DNA of 64,000 bases from Octopus sinensis (GCF_006345805.1 NC_042998.1:171802001-171866000); one strand, 5' to 3'. Numbered from the stretch's first letter, positions 22,701-35,819 are shown. Notes: generated by a model from the sequence alone, not told the origin. Translations and numbers: made by a program.

Positions 22701-23231
22701 ACAAGCCATCCCCCATACTACTGCAGCAAGGTTGTTGTTAATACCATGTTTCGTAGAGGTACCCGATGGGATCGAATCTAAAACCACGTGGCTACAAAAT
22801 GAACTTCTTAACCCTACAGCCATATCTGTGCCCATTATGGTTATTGCACATCCATCGTAATTTGTTTTATAATAAAAAGAATTATATAAACTTTCATATC
22901 TCAGCACGTGAATCTGTTATATATTCCTTAGGTACTTAAAGCAACTAGCCATATTATGGTATATGCAAGCAGGTCATTTTTCTAAAGCTTATTCAATATG
23001 TAAACATTAACAAGACAAATGCAGAAGTAATATATATGACTTAGAAAAAAAATTAATTTTTACTAATATTTACTACCTTACAAAATCTGTACAAGATAAG
23101 CAACTGACCTACTCTAAATGCATGAAAAACACTGCAGCATATTCAGAATATTATTTCAGAAAATTATCTCCGTTCTCTTTTAGCATACAAGACAAATTTA
23201 GTTAGGGCAGAATGAGTAAGACAAAGGTAAA

Positions 23232-23630
23232 TAGGCGTAGAAGTGGCTGTGTGGTAAGTAGCTTGCTTACCAACCACATGGTTCCGGGTTCAGTCCCACT
23301 GCGTGGCACCTTGGGCAAGTGTCTTCTACTATAGCCTCGGGCCGACCAAAGCCTTGTGAATGGATTTGGTAGACGGGAACTGAAAGAAGCCCATCGTATA
23401 TATGTGTGCGTGTGTGTGTGTGTGTGTGTGTATCTGTCTGTGTTTGTTCCCCCAACATCGCTTGACAACCGATGCTGGTGTGTTTACGTTCCTGTAACTT
23501 AGTGGTTCGGTAAAAGAGACCGATAGAATAAGTACTAGGCTTACAAAGAATAAGTCCTATGGTCGATTTGCTCGACTAAAGGCGGTGCTCCAGCATGGCC
23601 ACAGTCAAATGACTGAAACAAGTAAAAGAG
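23232..23630 (+). mobile_element. SINE family C (tRNA head, internal (TG)n, CR1-like tail)
   Basis: A-box TGGCTGTGTGG, B-box GGTTCAGTCCC, ACCTTGGGCAAGT core, tail GGCGGTGCTCCAGCATGGCCACAG..GACTGAAACA. Confidence 0.88.
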
Positions 23631-23952
23631 TGTACCTCTTCAGTTCTTTAGAATTATTTTTGAAAAAAGGCTCATACTCATTAGTCATGAGAAAGATCAG
23701 GAATGCAACAAAAATTCAAAATATCTGGATCAAATGAAAGAGAATCTTGGGAAAATGGCACATATGAAATAAACGAAACTCAACTAAATCTCAAAACAAC
23801 ATAAAATATTCTCTATAGTTTCTTTAGAATCTGCTGAAGTGAATCCCTTTCCGATATATTTGAGCATCATACAGTTGAAGAGAAGAAATTATTGAAATTA
23901 GTCATTATTCATTTTGCTCCACTTTAGACATAAGTTTTTGAAAATTATCAAA

Positions 23953-24350
23953 TCTCTCTATATATAAAGCTGAAGTTGTCTGTGTATGACAGGTTTGGTA
24001 GCCTTCAACCAGCACTATCTCCTCCGAGACCCTGCGGCGCAAGTTCACCAAAATTGATAGTATAATAGAAGAAGGCTTGCTCTTCCTTCTGTAGAAGAAA
24101 AAATTCTAATCGGATCATGTTAACACCAAAAATTATTTACATCAGAAAAGTCCTTTTTTCTTTTTGTATGAAAATCCCTATTTTTTACGATTTTTTTACT
24201 CTTGTGTCGCTATTTTTCGGTGTATTTCAACCAGAAAAAATGTTCACTTAAAGAGAATAACAAGCTACATAATGCAAAATTTTTACTTTTCAAAAATTCC
24301 AATTCTAAAGGGTCGAAACAAACCCGAGCAACGCCGGGCGATACTGCTAG
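23953..24350 (+). mobile_element. Non-autonomous Helitron-like element
   Basis: 5' TCTCTCTATATATAAAG after A; 3' hairpin CCCGAGCAACGCCGGG then CTAG before T; no TSD. Confidence 0.8.
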
Positions 24351-25389
24351 TTAGACATTAAAGTGGGGAAAAATTGATTTGGAATCCAACAGTGAAAATA
24401 ATTTTGATTGTTAAACATCAAATATTACCCACATATTTTATTAGCAACCTTGATTACAATCGGATCAAAGGTGAAGAAAGATTTCTTGAAAAAAAAAAGA
24501 GTACTTGTCACTTAACTATGTTTCAAACTCTTATACTAACCAAGTTTTACTCCCAAAGATGATGCGGTAGTACAAAATGATAACGCAATGTTTGCAATGT
24601 AATGATTTCGAATAGGTAAGGAGAAAATAACGGGAAATCAGAAATCACTTGTTTTACGTCACTTACCCATTTCGTCTTATAACCCATAGTTATAAATAGT
24701 TCTAAGTTTTAGACTGCTATAAGAATGCTATAAAAAAATTTCCAGGTCTTGCTCCGGGTAATTTTCTGAACTATATAAATCATTCAGCTGCATCACCATT
24801 TGCCAAATAAATAAATAAATAAATTAATTAAAAAATAAGAAATAAAGAATAAAATAAAAATAAAGAAAAATTATCCGTTTTGCTGATAGCAATAGTAGAG
24901 ACAATTGTAGCAAAATACTTAGCTATTTTGATTTTAGTTATCATAGTTGTAATTAGTTTTGCTTCCACAAATGCTTGAGGTCATTAACGGATGAAGGCAA
25001 CAGCAATAGCCAGACTCCAAGAGAAAGTTGGAAGTGGGGTAAGTCATGAGAACAAGACTTGTCATAGATGAGCTATAGAACAGGTTTATTAACAGGTGTA
25101 TTCTAGATCGGCCCAATTAATTTTACATCTATAAGTGACAATCTAAATAATAACGATGATTCTTATATTAAGCGCTTAATTTAGGACATTTTGCATAGTT
25201 ATACTTTCCTGCAGTAACATGGGAAACAATAATATATAACCCGGTATTTGCTAATTTCTCACTCCTCATCTGCGTTAAAAAATGTGGAAATTGTTTGAGA
25301 AAAAAAAAAAGAGAGAGAGAGAGAGACAGATATACTGTTCTCTACTAATAAAAATAAACTCAGGCCTATTCCCCATTTTCTTTTAGGAG

Positions 25390-26585
25390 TGAGTTGCCAC
25401 AACAAGACACATCGGGCATTCCATTCATTCCTCAGCTCGGGTCAAGGCATAGAACGCAACCACCGATATCAGCAGCGGGGCCCGACAGTATATGCTGGTT
25501 TACCCCCGCTGCATCATGCCGGTTCCGTACCCCTTCAAGCAATATCAATTCACTCATCCGTCCGCAAACACTCTCCAAGCTTTCCTATCCTTTATAAACT
25601 CTCTTGCCTCTCTTGCTCCAACACCTTTTAACCACCAAAGCTTCCCTCGCTCCATCTATACACACAAACCGAGGTCTGCCTCTGGGTTTGATGCCTACCA
25701 CTTCAGCCTTCACCCTCCTTACCATCTGCTCCTTATCTATCCTCTCCATGTGGCCAAACCACCTGAACATACGTCTATCCAATTTGGTTGTTATTCTCTC
25801 ATTCCTGCTCGTGTTCGAACTTCCTCATTCCCCATCCTGTCCATCCGTGTCACACCAACCATAGCCCTCAAACATCTCATTTCAAACACATCTAGTTGCC
25901 TCCTTTCCACCTCTCTCAGCCCCCACGTCTCTGCACCATATAACATTGTCGGCACAATCACGCCCTCATACACCTCTTTTCGCTTTCATACTCAACCTTT
26001 TATCTCTCAGCATACCTTTCACAACTCCAAGTATCTCACTCCCCTCCCTCACTCTATATCCCACCTCCTCAGCCAAACCCTCATCCGCCGTCAGCTGTGA
26101 CCCCAGATACTTAAAAGCACTCACCTCCTCTAGCATCTCACCATTTATAATCACATCCATCCTACCAGCCATTCCATCTCATCACCTTACTCTTAGCTAC
26201 ATTCACTTTCAGTTTCCTCTTCTTACACACTCTTCCAAAGTCTACCACCAGTCTCCTCAGATGCTCTTCTGAATCCGCCACTAGTGCTGTATCATCAGCA
26301 AACAAATACTGACTCACCTGCCATTTCTCTCCATTTTCTCTCACCATTTGGGTTCCCCTATTAAGGGTTCTAGCATTTACCTCTCTCACCACACCATCTA
26401 TATATCCATCCTGTCTTGACTCCACCTTCACATTAAACCACTCACTTCACCACCCACCCTAACGCACGCCTTACTTTCTCTATAAAAACTCTGAACAGCT
26501 CTCAACAATCTACCATCTACTCCATACAACCGCAACACCTGCCACATTGCATTCCTATCCACTCGGTCATATGTCTTCTCTAGAA
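25390..26585 (-). mobile_element. RTE-clade LINE 3' half (RT domain to 3' UTR), disrupted
   Basis: LEKTYDRVDRNAMWQVLRLYG, DGVVREVNAR, LFADDTALVADSEE, FKYLGS, PTMLYGAETW, RWFGHMERI, GRPR; short deletion removes most of the QGCVMSP motif. Confidence 0.93.
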
Positions 26586-27459
26586 CTCAAAATAAGATAA
26601 ACTCAAAATAAATTACAACGATCATCAACAATTACTCTTAGCAGGTAAAAACTAATTTGAAAGTTGGTGAAAAAAGGAGAGTGGAACAAGTCGAAGGTCA
26701 TTGAAAAAAATCAAAATAAATCCAAAACATGATTTGACTGAAACAAAATTTCTGCTTTACTTAGAGAACATTCCTCCATGTGATGGATGAGGTACAGAAC
26801 AGAAGTTTATGAACAGATGTATTCTAGATCTCCCAATTAATTTTACATCTGTAAGTGGCTATCTAATGTTATTACTATTGATCGAGTCTGCATTACCGAA
26901 TCTTGGGTTCAAAGATGTTATTCCAGACAATATTTTTAAACGAATTTGACGTTATGGAAAATAAACAATATTAATAAAACTCCATAAACTACCAGGGATT
27001 GTTTAAAAAGATTACTTCCTTAAACTGGGAGTTCCATGAAATTTCTCGTGTCTGTCAAGTTTAGGAGAGATTCAGTTGAAATTTCTACTCCCAAAACTTA
27101 AACCCAAATTAAATTTAAATAAAGTGCTCCTTTTAGGAAATCTCTTGCTGAACTTTTAGCAATTAAAACGTAAAGATTTTTGAAATGTGATTTTGTATTT
27201 GAAATAGAATTAAAACTTACAAAAAAATTAATGGGTGTTGCGTTTGAATTACATTTTTTAGATCAATAACAGATATTGTAATCACACGAATTTTCCTAGT
27301 TTGACTTCTCATAACACTATTTTCTACAATCCACTTTGGCCAGTGGTTCTGAAACCTGGTGGTAATGCCTCCTTGGGGCCGTTGTGAGTTTACAAACCGG
27401 CTTTAAATGTCAAGGAGGCGCTAGCATGGTGGGTGCTGGATGTTGTTAACTTTACACTT

Positions 27460-27560
27460 TCATCTTTCCAGAGTCGATAAAATAAAGTACTAGTCAATTA
27501 CTGAACTCGACGTAACCTCCTGCCCTCAGCAATTGATGGCTTCGTGCCTAAATTAGAAAC
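27460..27560 (+). mobile_element. SINE A 3' fragment (tail B)
   Basis: CATCTTTCCAGAGTCGATAAAATAAAAGTAC...GCTTCGTGCCTAAATTAGAAAC. Confidence 0.6.
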
Positions 27561-27819
27561 AATTTTTAAGTCTTCGTCATCTTTTGACATTGCCATAAAA
27601 TGTTTGACATAGACAGCACTAGTGTAAGCAAATATATGAAAGGAGATGCAAACTGGATGGAATAGAACAAGAAAATATAGATAATAAACCATTGTGAAAA
27701 ATTAGCTCACTTTTAATAAGCTTGGGTGAAGTGGGGGCAAAAATACCATTCGATGAAAAGAACATGAGCTAGAAGTCATTGATCTATACTCAACGTGTGT
27801 TAAATAAATAATTAAAACG

Positions 27820-28062
27820 CCCTTTTAAAGTCTAGCCAGGCTCATGGGCCCGGTTTCCCGGTTTCAATGGCGTATGTGTTCCCCAGCTGGACGAGACGCC
27901 AGTCCATCGCAGCGTTACTCATTTTTGTCAGCTGAGTGGACTGGAGCAACGTGAAATGAAGTGTTTTGCTCAAGAACACAACGCGTCGCCCGGTACAGGA
28001 ATCGAAACCACAATGTTACGATCATGATGCTGATGCCCTAACAACTAAGCCACGCGCCTCCA
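27820..28062 (-). mobile_element. SINE family D (tRNA head)
   Basis: Reverse strand GGAGGCGCGTGGCTTAGTTGTTAGGG...GTTTCGATTCC..TGTTCTTGAGCAAAACACTTCA. Confidence 0.85.
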
Positions 28063-28830
28063 CCAACGTGTGTTAATTACACAAAGTAAATCGAATAAAC
28101 GGAGTTGATCGAAATGCAAAAAATTGCGAAATAACCATTAAATCACATCAAACAGTCTGTAACAAAAAAGGAGGTATGAGATAACGCAGTGTGAGATACA
28201 CATTGCCTGAAAAAAGAAAAAAAACGCTTTTAATCATAGACGCACTCCTTCAGGGTAAGACTGGAGCGAAACAACAACAGTGATATTGATTGTCTGCACC
28301 TAATTTCATAATATATCTGATCAATCTTAATATCTCGAATTTCAAATACTGAACTTATTTGATTTGAAGCATTTTACTATTAGTTATTTCACTTTATTAA
28401 AATAAGGTTTCCATATAAATGGTTTATGCTCCTCAAGGATAGAATTCGAAGCATTATTTACGTATGTTTACTGATTTAATAACAAATAAGGTGCTGTTTT
28501 TACTAATTTACTAAAATCTAGTTCGGCGCTTTCTGTCGACAACAGCTAAAATCAAGGCTGCTTAATTTTGGCTATCAATAAACTATCAAAATTATAAGTT
28601 TAAGGCAATGCTTGTTAAAGTGGGTTCTCTGAGGAGAAAAAAAATTCTGCAACGTAAAAATTCATTAAATAAATTTTTGCCGGAAATTTGTTCTATAAAG
28701 ATGTCGAAATGATGTCTGCCCAATTAAAAAAAAAATTGAAAGATGAATTATTTCTCAATACATTTAAATAAAATAGAATAAAGGGTTTAAGAGGTGTAAG
28801 ATTGTGATTTTCCAAACTATAAACCGCATG

Positions 28831-29234
28831 GTGGCTCCGCCTTGGTGACCTTTTTCAGGTTCCACCTAAAAAGAAAGGTGGAGATAGAGAAAAGGTGTCT
28901 GTCTGCGTGTGAATTTGAGAAAAGATGGAAACGTGTGGCACGATTGCTGCGTGTGAAAGTGGCCACATGAACACGCTATGAGTTAGCTGCCGAGTTTCAG
29001 TGGGAAAAAACAGGGCTCGTGGGGTCGGCAATCCTGGTGTTCCCACTTCATGTGTCATTTTTGTGTTGTGCTGTAAAAAATTTGTGTATCATTCGATTTC
29101 CTCGATTTTGTTTTCGATTTTATGTAAAATTCTTAAAGATCATTTTTTATGTAAATTTCATCCATTTCTCATGACCCCAAATCATGATGTATTGTCCCCC
29201 TCTACGTTGGCCCCTTGTGGGTAATAAAGAAATT
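28831..29234 (+). mobile_element. 5'-truncated autonomous-type Tx1 LINE (ORF2 C-terminus plus 3' UTR)
   Basis: GSALVTFFRFHLKRKVEIEKRCLSACEFEKRWKRVARLLRVKVAT*; tail GGCCCCTTGTGGGTAATAAAGAAAT; 15-bp TSD ACTATAAACCGCATG at 28816-28830 and 29235-29249. Confidence 0.88.
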
Positions 29235-29674
29235 ACTATAAACCGCATGTTTAGGTACAAGATGTTAGCTAATCGAAATACGGTGTATATTACAAAGTTT
29301 CAAAGAAGAGGTAAATGACCTGTACAGATCGTATGCGTGTCTCAACCCATTTAAACATGGAACATGTATGTTTCGATTTCCAGTGGAATATTCCAGTGGA
29401 ATTATTTTATCAGCCCCACAAGAATGAAAACTAAAAGTGACCCTGGTGGAGTTGAATTCTGAGAAGTGAGTCAACATACCAGCTAGTGAATAATACTTAG
29501 TCTCATGCTTTACTGCTTTGGTTAACTCTTAGCCCTTCGAAATGTGTTGATTGCTCTGGTCGTGTGGATTCTGCTACACTCATAGCCCTGCTGAAATCTC
29601 ATAAAAAAATATCTGGAGGACGGATTATAAAAATAAAAGTATTCATATAAAAACTTTTAAAACATTAATTACCG

Positions 29675-29830
29675 AATAATAATAAGCCTTTCTAGTATAG
29701 GCACAAGGCCGGGAAATTTGGTGGACGAGTTAGTTGTTTCCAGTGACTCGATCACGAAAGGATGTAAGGCAAAGCCGACCTCGAAGAAATGCCGCTAAGC
29801 ATTTTGCATGATGCTCCAACGATTCTTACA
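29675..29830 (-). mobile_element. SINE A, degenerate with internal deletions
   Basis: Tail B, AAAGGATG.AAGGCAAAG core and head remnants. Confidence 0.7.
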
Positions 29831-29835
29831 TGTTT

Positions 29836-30216
29836 GTGGAGGCGCAACGCAATGGCCCAGTGATTAGGGCAGCGGACTCGTAGTCGTGGGATCGCGGTTA
29901 CGATTCCCAGACCGCTCTGTGTGTTTATTGAGCGAAAACACCTAAAGCTCCACGAGGCTTTGGCAGGGTGGTGGTGGCAAACCCTGCTGTACTCTTTCAT
30001 CACAACTTTCTCTCACTCTTTCTTCCTGTTTCTGTTGTACTAGTATTTCAAAGGGCCAGCCTTATCACACAGTGTCACGCTGAATCCCCACAAAAACTAC
30101 GTTAAGGGTACCCGTGTCTGTGGAGTGCTCAGCCACTTACACGTTAATTTCACGAGCAGGTTGTTCCGTTGATCGGATCAGCTGGAACCCTCGTCGTTGT
30201 AGCCGATGGAGTGCTA
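29836..30216 (+). mobile_element. SINE family B (tRNA head)
   Basis: GGAGGCGCAA..TGGCCCAGTG.TTAGGGCAGCGGACTCG head; same body as the 34471 and 58672 copies. Confidence 0.9.
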
Positions 30217-31060
30217 CGACGATTACATGTTTATATATTCAGCAATTATTAGATACAAATATATTCTTAAAAAGAAGTTAACAATATTTGATAATTTAAC
30301 AGAGTTTTACTTACTGCGAGAAGGCGTAATTTCGCTTTACGTGGAAGTATTCTTCCAAAAGTATGACGAATGGTACAGGCAACAAGCCAGCCTACTTCAC
30401 AGTCCTAACGTACCAGCATTCAAGTGTTAAAATGCTCCTGTTTATCCTTGCCAGTATTATATACACCACTCAGACAACTTAATTAAGGAATTAAGAGGGC
30501 AGTGCTGTGAGCAGCAGGTTACTGTTGCTAATTTCAATGGTAAAAAACAAGCATTTAAAAAAAAAGTAAAAGAGAATTTTTTTATCTGTGACATGACTCC
30601 TGCCATTTAAATTACATTTAAATAGTTGAAGGTAATTTTCCCGAAATGGCATAATTTAAAATAAATAGTGGTGGTTCTAAATGATTTTGCAAACGAAAGA
30701 AAGCAAAAAAATTTAATTGAATAATTTGTTACATATTAAGAGTTGATAAAATTACGCAATTACTCAAATGCATTGCTTTTGTAATATTCAGTCTTTTAAA
30801 TGTGACGTTTCATTATGTCATTCGGGTTTACCCTTTGGAAATTTCATAGTACCCAGGGAAGTGCTTGCTCAACGACTTTTTTACCCTCTTTTTCCCATCA
30901 CCGAACAACATACCCAGAAACTCCTTCAGTAATATTACTCAGAAGAGGTGGGAGAATCACTCAACGCTGAAGTTTATCCCGGTCATACATTTTGGGGAAT
31001 AAGAGTACAGTTTGAACTCTCTATTCTTATATGGCCTAACCATGTTCCTTTGAACTGGTA

Positions 31061-31500
31061 TTTTTCTTTATTATAGGCATAAAGCCTTAATATAGAGGGG
31101 ACACCACAAGGACAGACAACACAGAACGTGGGGTACATAAAAACATATAACGAATGAATTATGAAAATAATGAAAATGAAATGGCTTTCCTACCCACCAA
31201 AGTAGGAAGTTCCATTTTACTGTTTTAAATATTTGTATCGCATTTACATCATAAAGTCTATTAATTCCTCGAATTCTATCACTGATGGTAATTCGTCATA
31301 TCTAAATCGTAATGCTGTTATCTCTATCCTGTCTCCGAATATTTCTCTCAATCTTCCTGCTCTCTCATCTTCCAGCAACACTGCTTTTTGATTCCGGTTC
31401 TGCTCCTTGGCCAGCTTAATACTTATCCTCTGTGTTGTGGCCGTAGTGCCAAAATAAAGAAACATTGGCAAAGGTATGCGCTCTTTGAGTGCTCTTGTTA
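31061..31500 (-). mobile_element. 5'-truncated member E4 of the ORF1-only family (C-terminal domain plus 3' UTR)
   Basis: ORF ...ISIKLAKEQNRNQKAVLLEDERAGRLREIFGDRIEITALRFRYDELPSVIEFEELIDFMM* aligns by eye with the E1 and E2 C-termini; tail TGTCCCCTCTATATTAAGGCTTTATGCCTATAATAAAGAAA. Confidence 0.6.
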
Positions 31501-31526
31501 GTATTATTATTATTATTATGGCGTTA

Positions 31527-32165
31527 TAAAGCGGCGAGCTGGCAGAATCGTTAGCACGCCGGGCGAAATGCTTTGTAGTATTTCGTCTACCGTTACGTTC
31601 TGAGTTCAAATTCCGCCGAGGTCTACTTTGCCTTTCATCCTTTCAGGGCCGATAAATAAAGTACCGACTTAATCCCTTTGTTTGTCCTTGTTTGTCCCCT
31701 CTATGTTTAGCCCCTTGTGGGCAATAAAGAAAAAGGCGGCGAGCTGGCAGAAACATTAGCACGCCGGGCGAAATGCGTAGCCGTATTTCGTCTGCCGTTA
31801 CGTTCTGAGTTCAAATTCCGCCGAGGCCGACTTTGCCTTTCATCCTTTCGGGGTCGATAAATTAAGAACCAGTTACGCACTGGAGTCGATATAATCGACT
31901 TAATCCGTTTGTCTGTCCTTGTTTGTCCTCTCTGTGTTTAGCCCCTTGTGGGTAGTAAAGAAATACGTATTTCGTCTACCGTTACGTTCTGAGTTCAAAT
32001 TCCGCCGAGGTCGACTTTGCCTTTCATCCTTTCGGGGTCGATTAAATAAGTACCAGTTACGCACTGGGGTCGATATAATCGACTTAATCCGTTTGTCTGT
32101 CCTTGTTTGTCCTCTCTGTGTTTAGCCCCTTGTGGGTAGAAAAGAAATAGGTATTTCGTCCGTCT
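31527..32165 (+). mobile_element. SINE family A array: monomer, then full monomer plus head-less tandem units
   Basis: Heads at ~31527 and 31734; GTATTTCGTC-initiated units at 31967 and 32151 (last one truncated). Confidence 0.9.
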
Positions 32166-34470
32166 TCCGTCAGAAAGAATCGTAACACAGAAGCGCCAAA
32201 CGAAAAAGAAAATTTCCGGTACAGCATTTGGGTCTGCCTGACCCATATTGACCATGTAAATCACTAGCAAACCTGCAGTCAACGTGGACAGACTTCTGCA
32301 TGAATCTTCATTTATGAAATTAAATCTAGAAATATTACTTAATTTATTTAATCTTTTCAGCGTGAAAAAAAAAAAAAAAAAAAAAGAAAGAGGTGGATTA
32401 TCAATTATCATTTCTCACTGCATTTGAATCGTTGACCCTGAATAAACAAGCAAATACATCTGATCCGCAGGCAATCCATAAAATGTAACATACCAAACGA
32501 CTCTTAATTCGATACGAAAATCTATTGGTCAATTATAAATCTGTCAATGGTTTCTTCGGGTTTCACAGATATTGTTCTTTGTTAACCCCAAGATTTATTT
32601 TTGATCGTACATTCCAGCCGTAACACTCCCGTCTTTTACCCTACGAGCAAAGAACTCAAATCCATATGATCAATCTATACTGCGATGATAGGGTATGGTT
32701 TTGAGGAAGATTTGACCGCCACTTCTTGCTGATCAACTATGTAGTGGGTCCTACGTTGGCATGTGTTCGTCAAAAAGTGAATATAGGTAGGCAATTTTTC
32801 TTGACACTCCTCATGAAGCCTTTTGAAAATGGTGATGTCTTAAAGGTTTCCTTTCAGTAGGCCATATTTACACGCAACATTTAATAGTACGCCACTACTT
32901 TCTATGTCTCATAAGAGCATATAAAAAGTTTCTAAGCTTGCGCAATTCCTTCCTAAGCCAAATTTTCATGTTTTTCGTCTCTCATCTTAAAACGTTTTTA
33001 CTTACCAATTCTGAGCAACCAGCGGCCATCCACCCATCCATATGTATACATACACACACACACACACTTCAAACCATTGCAGGATAGTATCTATTTATAA
33101 CTTTGTGAACTGGACCGTTGAGTAATGTGTCTTTATAATAGAGACAGTATCATGATTGTAACGGAACATAAAGCATCGATCTTTTGGCCGTCGACTCAAT
33201 ATTCTCGATCTCTAATGTAGAAGAATGTGTAGCAAAAAGAAGAATGTCCTAAATAATGTGATGTCTCGAAGCGCATATCCTTCATATCGACAATAAATTC
33301 TGAGATTACACTTTTCTAATAAAGGCCACCAGTTTGTTGTTTTCTTTTTCTTCCAATTTCGTTTTTAATCTAAATGCCAAAATTAAACCCCAAATTCGCA
33401 CGCGTTCCCCTGTAGATATTGGACTTTAGTCAACAATGAAATAATAATGCACTAAAAAAGAAAAGGAGACAAAAAATTGCTTAGCCCGCAAAAGCTTCAG
33501 GTCAGAGTCGCGTGCTGTTATCGTTTAAAACACAAATTGTTTATGGTGGTCTCGATTAAAGCAAGGCTGCTTAACATTTACATCCTGTAAAGGTCATTAG
33601 GACAAATAATAATGACATTAAGTGGAGAATGAAAGAATGGGGAATAAAGAAAGGCTAGAGGAATATGTATTAGAAAAATAGGATAAGGAGACTGAGATTT
33701 AGCATGTAATTTAAGAAAAGAAAAAGTGTAAAACTATTAATTCTTCAACGATATAATTATCAAGAATAAATTGACTGCACAAGCAAAAGTGTGCCAAGTA
33801 ACCTTATGGTAATATTTGATAACTTTCTGGAGAACGCTGAATGTCCGCATGCGCACACATACACGAATATAGAGTAAAATACACATGCAAATAATTATTA
33901 AAAAATAATCAAAACATTTCAACATGAATAAAAATACATGTATAAAAAAGAAAATATTGTGGCAGATTTAAAGAGATGGAAACTGGAGGCGGGATTAAAA
34001 TACTTATTTTTGATTTAAAAAACATGGTTAAAATCTAACGTTTATTTAAAGCGGATATATATACTTATCTCATTTGACATGCACAATAATTCATATCTTA
34101 ACCCCTATTTTTCTTTCTTATTTACTTTATTTTAAAGCTATTAACTGTTAAAATATCAACTTTAAATGTTTAATGTAAACGTTTTTTCTCTTCTCTTTAC
34201 ATAAAATGTCACATTTCATAAATGGAATTGGAACTGTTGCAGTTACATTACGGCTTCTCTTTTCTTCCCCTCTTGTCTACTTTTCTTTTCTTCCCTTTAA
34301 TTTCTGCATACAAAGATACTGCCATAGTTTCGATTTACCAAATTTGCAACATCGAAATTGCAAAATATTTCATTTTAATTTAAAAAATTGATCAGTTTCC
34401 TCAGTTACATACTTCACCGCACAATCTTTTAGATTGAATTGTGATGACACCTTATATTTGGGGTTAACAT

Positions 34471-34857
34471 GGATGGAAGCACTCCGTCGGTTCCGACGAC
34501 GAGGGTTCCGGTTGATCCGATCAACGGAACAGCCTGCTCGTGGAATTAACGTGCAAGTGGCTGAGCACTCCACAGACACGTGTACCCTTAACGTAGTTCT
34601 CGGGGATATTCAGCGTGACACAGAGAGTGACAAGGCCGGCCCTTTGAAATACAGGTACAACAGAAACAGGAAGTAAGAGTGAGAGAAAGTTGTGGTGAAA
34701 GAGTACAGCAGGGATCACCACCACCCCCTGCCGGAACGTCGTGGAGCTTTAGGTGTTTTCGCTCAATAAACACTCACAACGCCCGGTCTGGGAATCGAAA
34801 CCGCGATCCTACGACCGCTAGTCCGCTGCCCTAACCACTGGGCCATTGCGCCTCCAC
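34471..34857 (-). mobile_element. SINE family B, full length
   Basis: 13-bp TSD TTGGGGTTAACAT at 34458-34470 and 34858-34870. Confidence 0.93.
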
Positions 34858-35819
34858 TTGGGGTTAACATATGTGTTATGTGAATGCTGCTGTGATCCTT
34901 CTCCGAAAGCAGGATTCGATGTCTCAGGCGGTGAAGCAGCTCTGAAGGTGTTTCTCCCCCACCTCACCCTACATAATTAAGAACTGCTCGAGGACAACCA
35001 CTGATGTACACGACAAAACTCTGATACAACAGCACGAGCTTTGTTGAGTCAAATGTTGCGACTCTCAGCCAAATGTTTCTACCGTCTTCAATGCTCGTTC
35101 TTGCTGCACCACTAGTCTTCTCTCTTGCTTTTTAAGATTGTAGAGGAACCTTATAAATTACTTCGTCTTCATGTGGTAAAATATAGGCAATTCATCTTAG
35201 TAGAACCGAACTCTTTCCGACATACATTATCATTTGATACACAACACCGAAAATCGGTGCTTTTCTTTAAAAGAAAAACAGCAGGGTATGATTTGAGGAA
35301 AGTTTTTCTCCTATCTCTAGCACGACAAATGACCATGTGGAGGATTGGAAGCTTGAACTGCATGTTTGGAGGCTTGAACAGCAAGTTGGATATTGCAGAT
35401 ACAAAGGAAATAACCGAAAATTGAATCCCCATCACAAACTTATCGTATTAAAAGCTCAGATGACTCGTATTTCGATTCTTTCGTGGTTTCTAGTCATTGG
35501 ACTGCAGTCATACTGGGACATCTCAGATATCGTAATAGGAGAGGGAGGGGGACAATGGATATACAAATAGTGGTATGGAAACTGAATATGGATGGATCTA
35601 ATGTTTTTCTTCATTACCCAGGTGATATGACAATGAACATGAGGTGAGATACGAGATGAGAAGGTACTAAGTAGGCAGTCTGTCATCTCAGAGCACCAAG
35701 AAAGAACATGAAAACCCCAGGTGTAGATATGAAGTATATAACCCAGCCAACATCACTATCCCCTTTTTAAAATTTTTTGCTGTGCTTGCACAGGTTGCCA
35801 GATTTTTGTGTGTTGTCAA

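Noticed and set aside
27341-27440. CAGTGGTTCTGAAAC, a hAT-like TIR
   Set aside because: No partner TIR or TSD found.
27498-27692. Hydrophobic minus-strand ORF with a strong acceptor
   Set aside because: Runs into a SINE fragment, no donor found, and no family match.
29836-29915. tRNA-like heads of SINE families A-D
   Set aside because: They have A/B boxes but continue into SINE bodies, often with TSDs, and give no complete cloverleaf; not tRNA genes.
30206-30430. ORF and possible minus-strand exon (DCEVGWLVACTIRHTFGRILPRKAKLRLLA with GTAAGT donor)
   Set aside because: Weak acceptor, no recognisable product and no partner exons.
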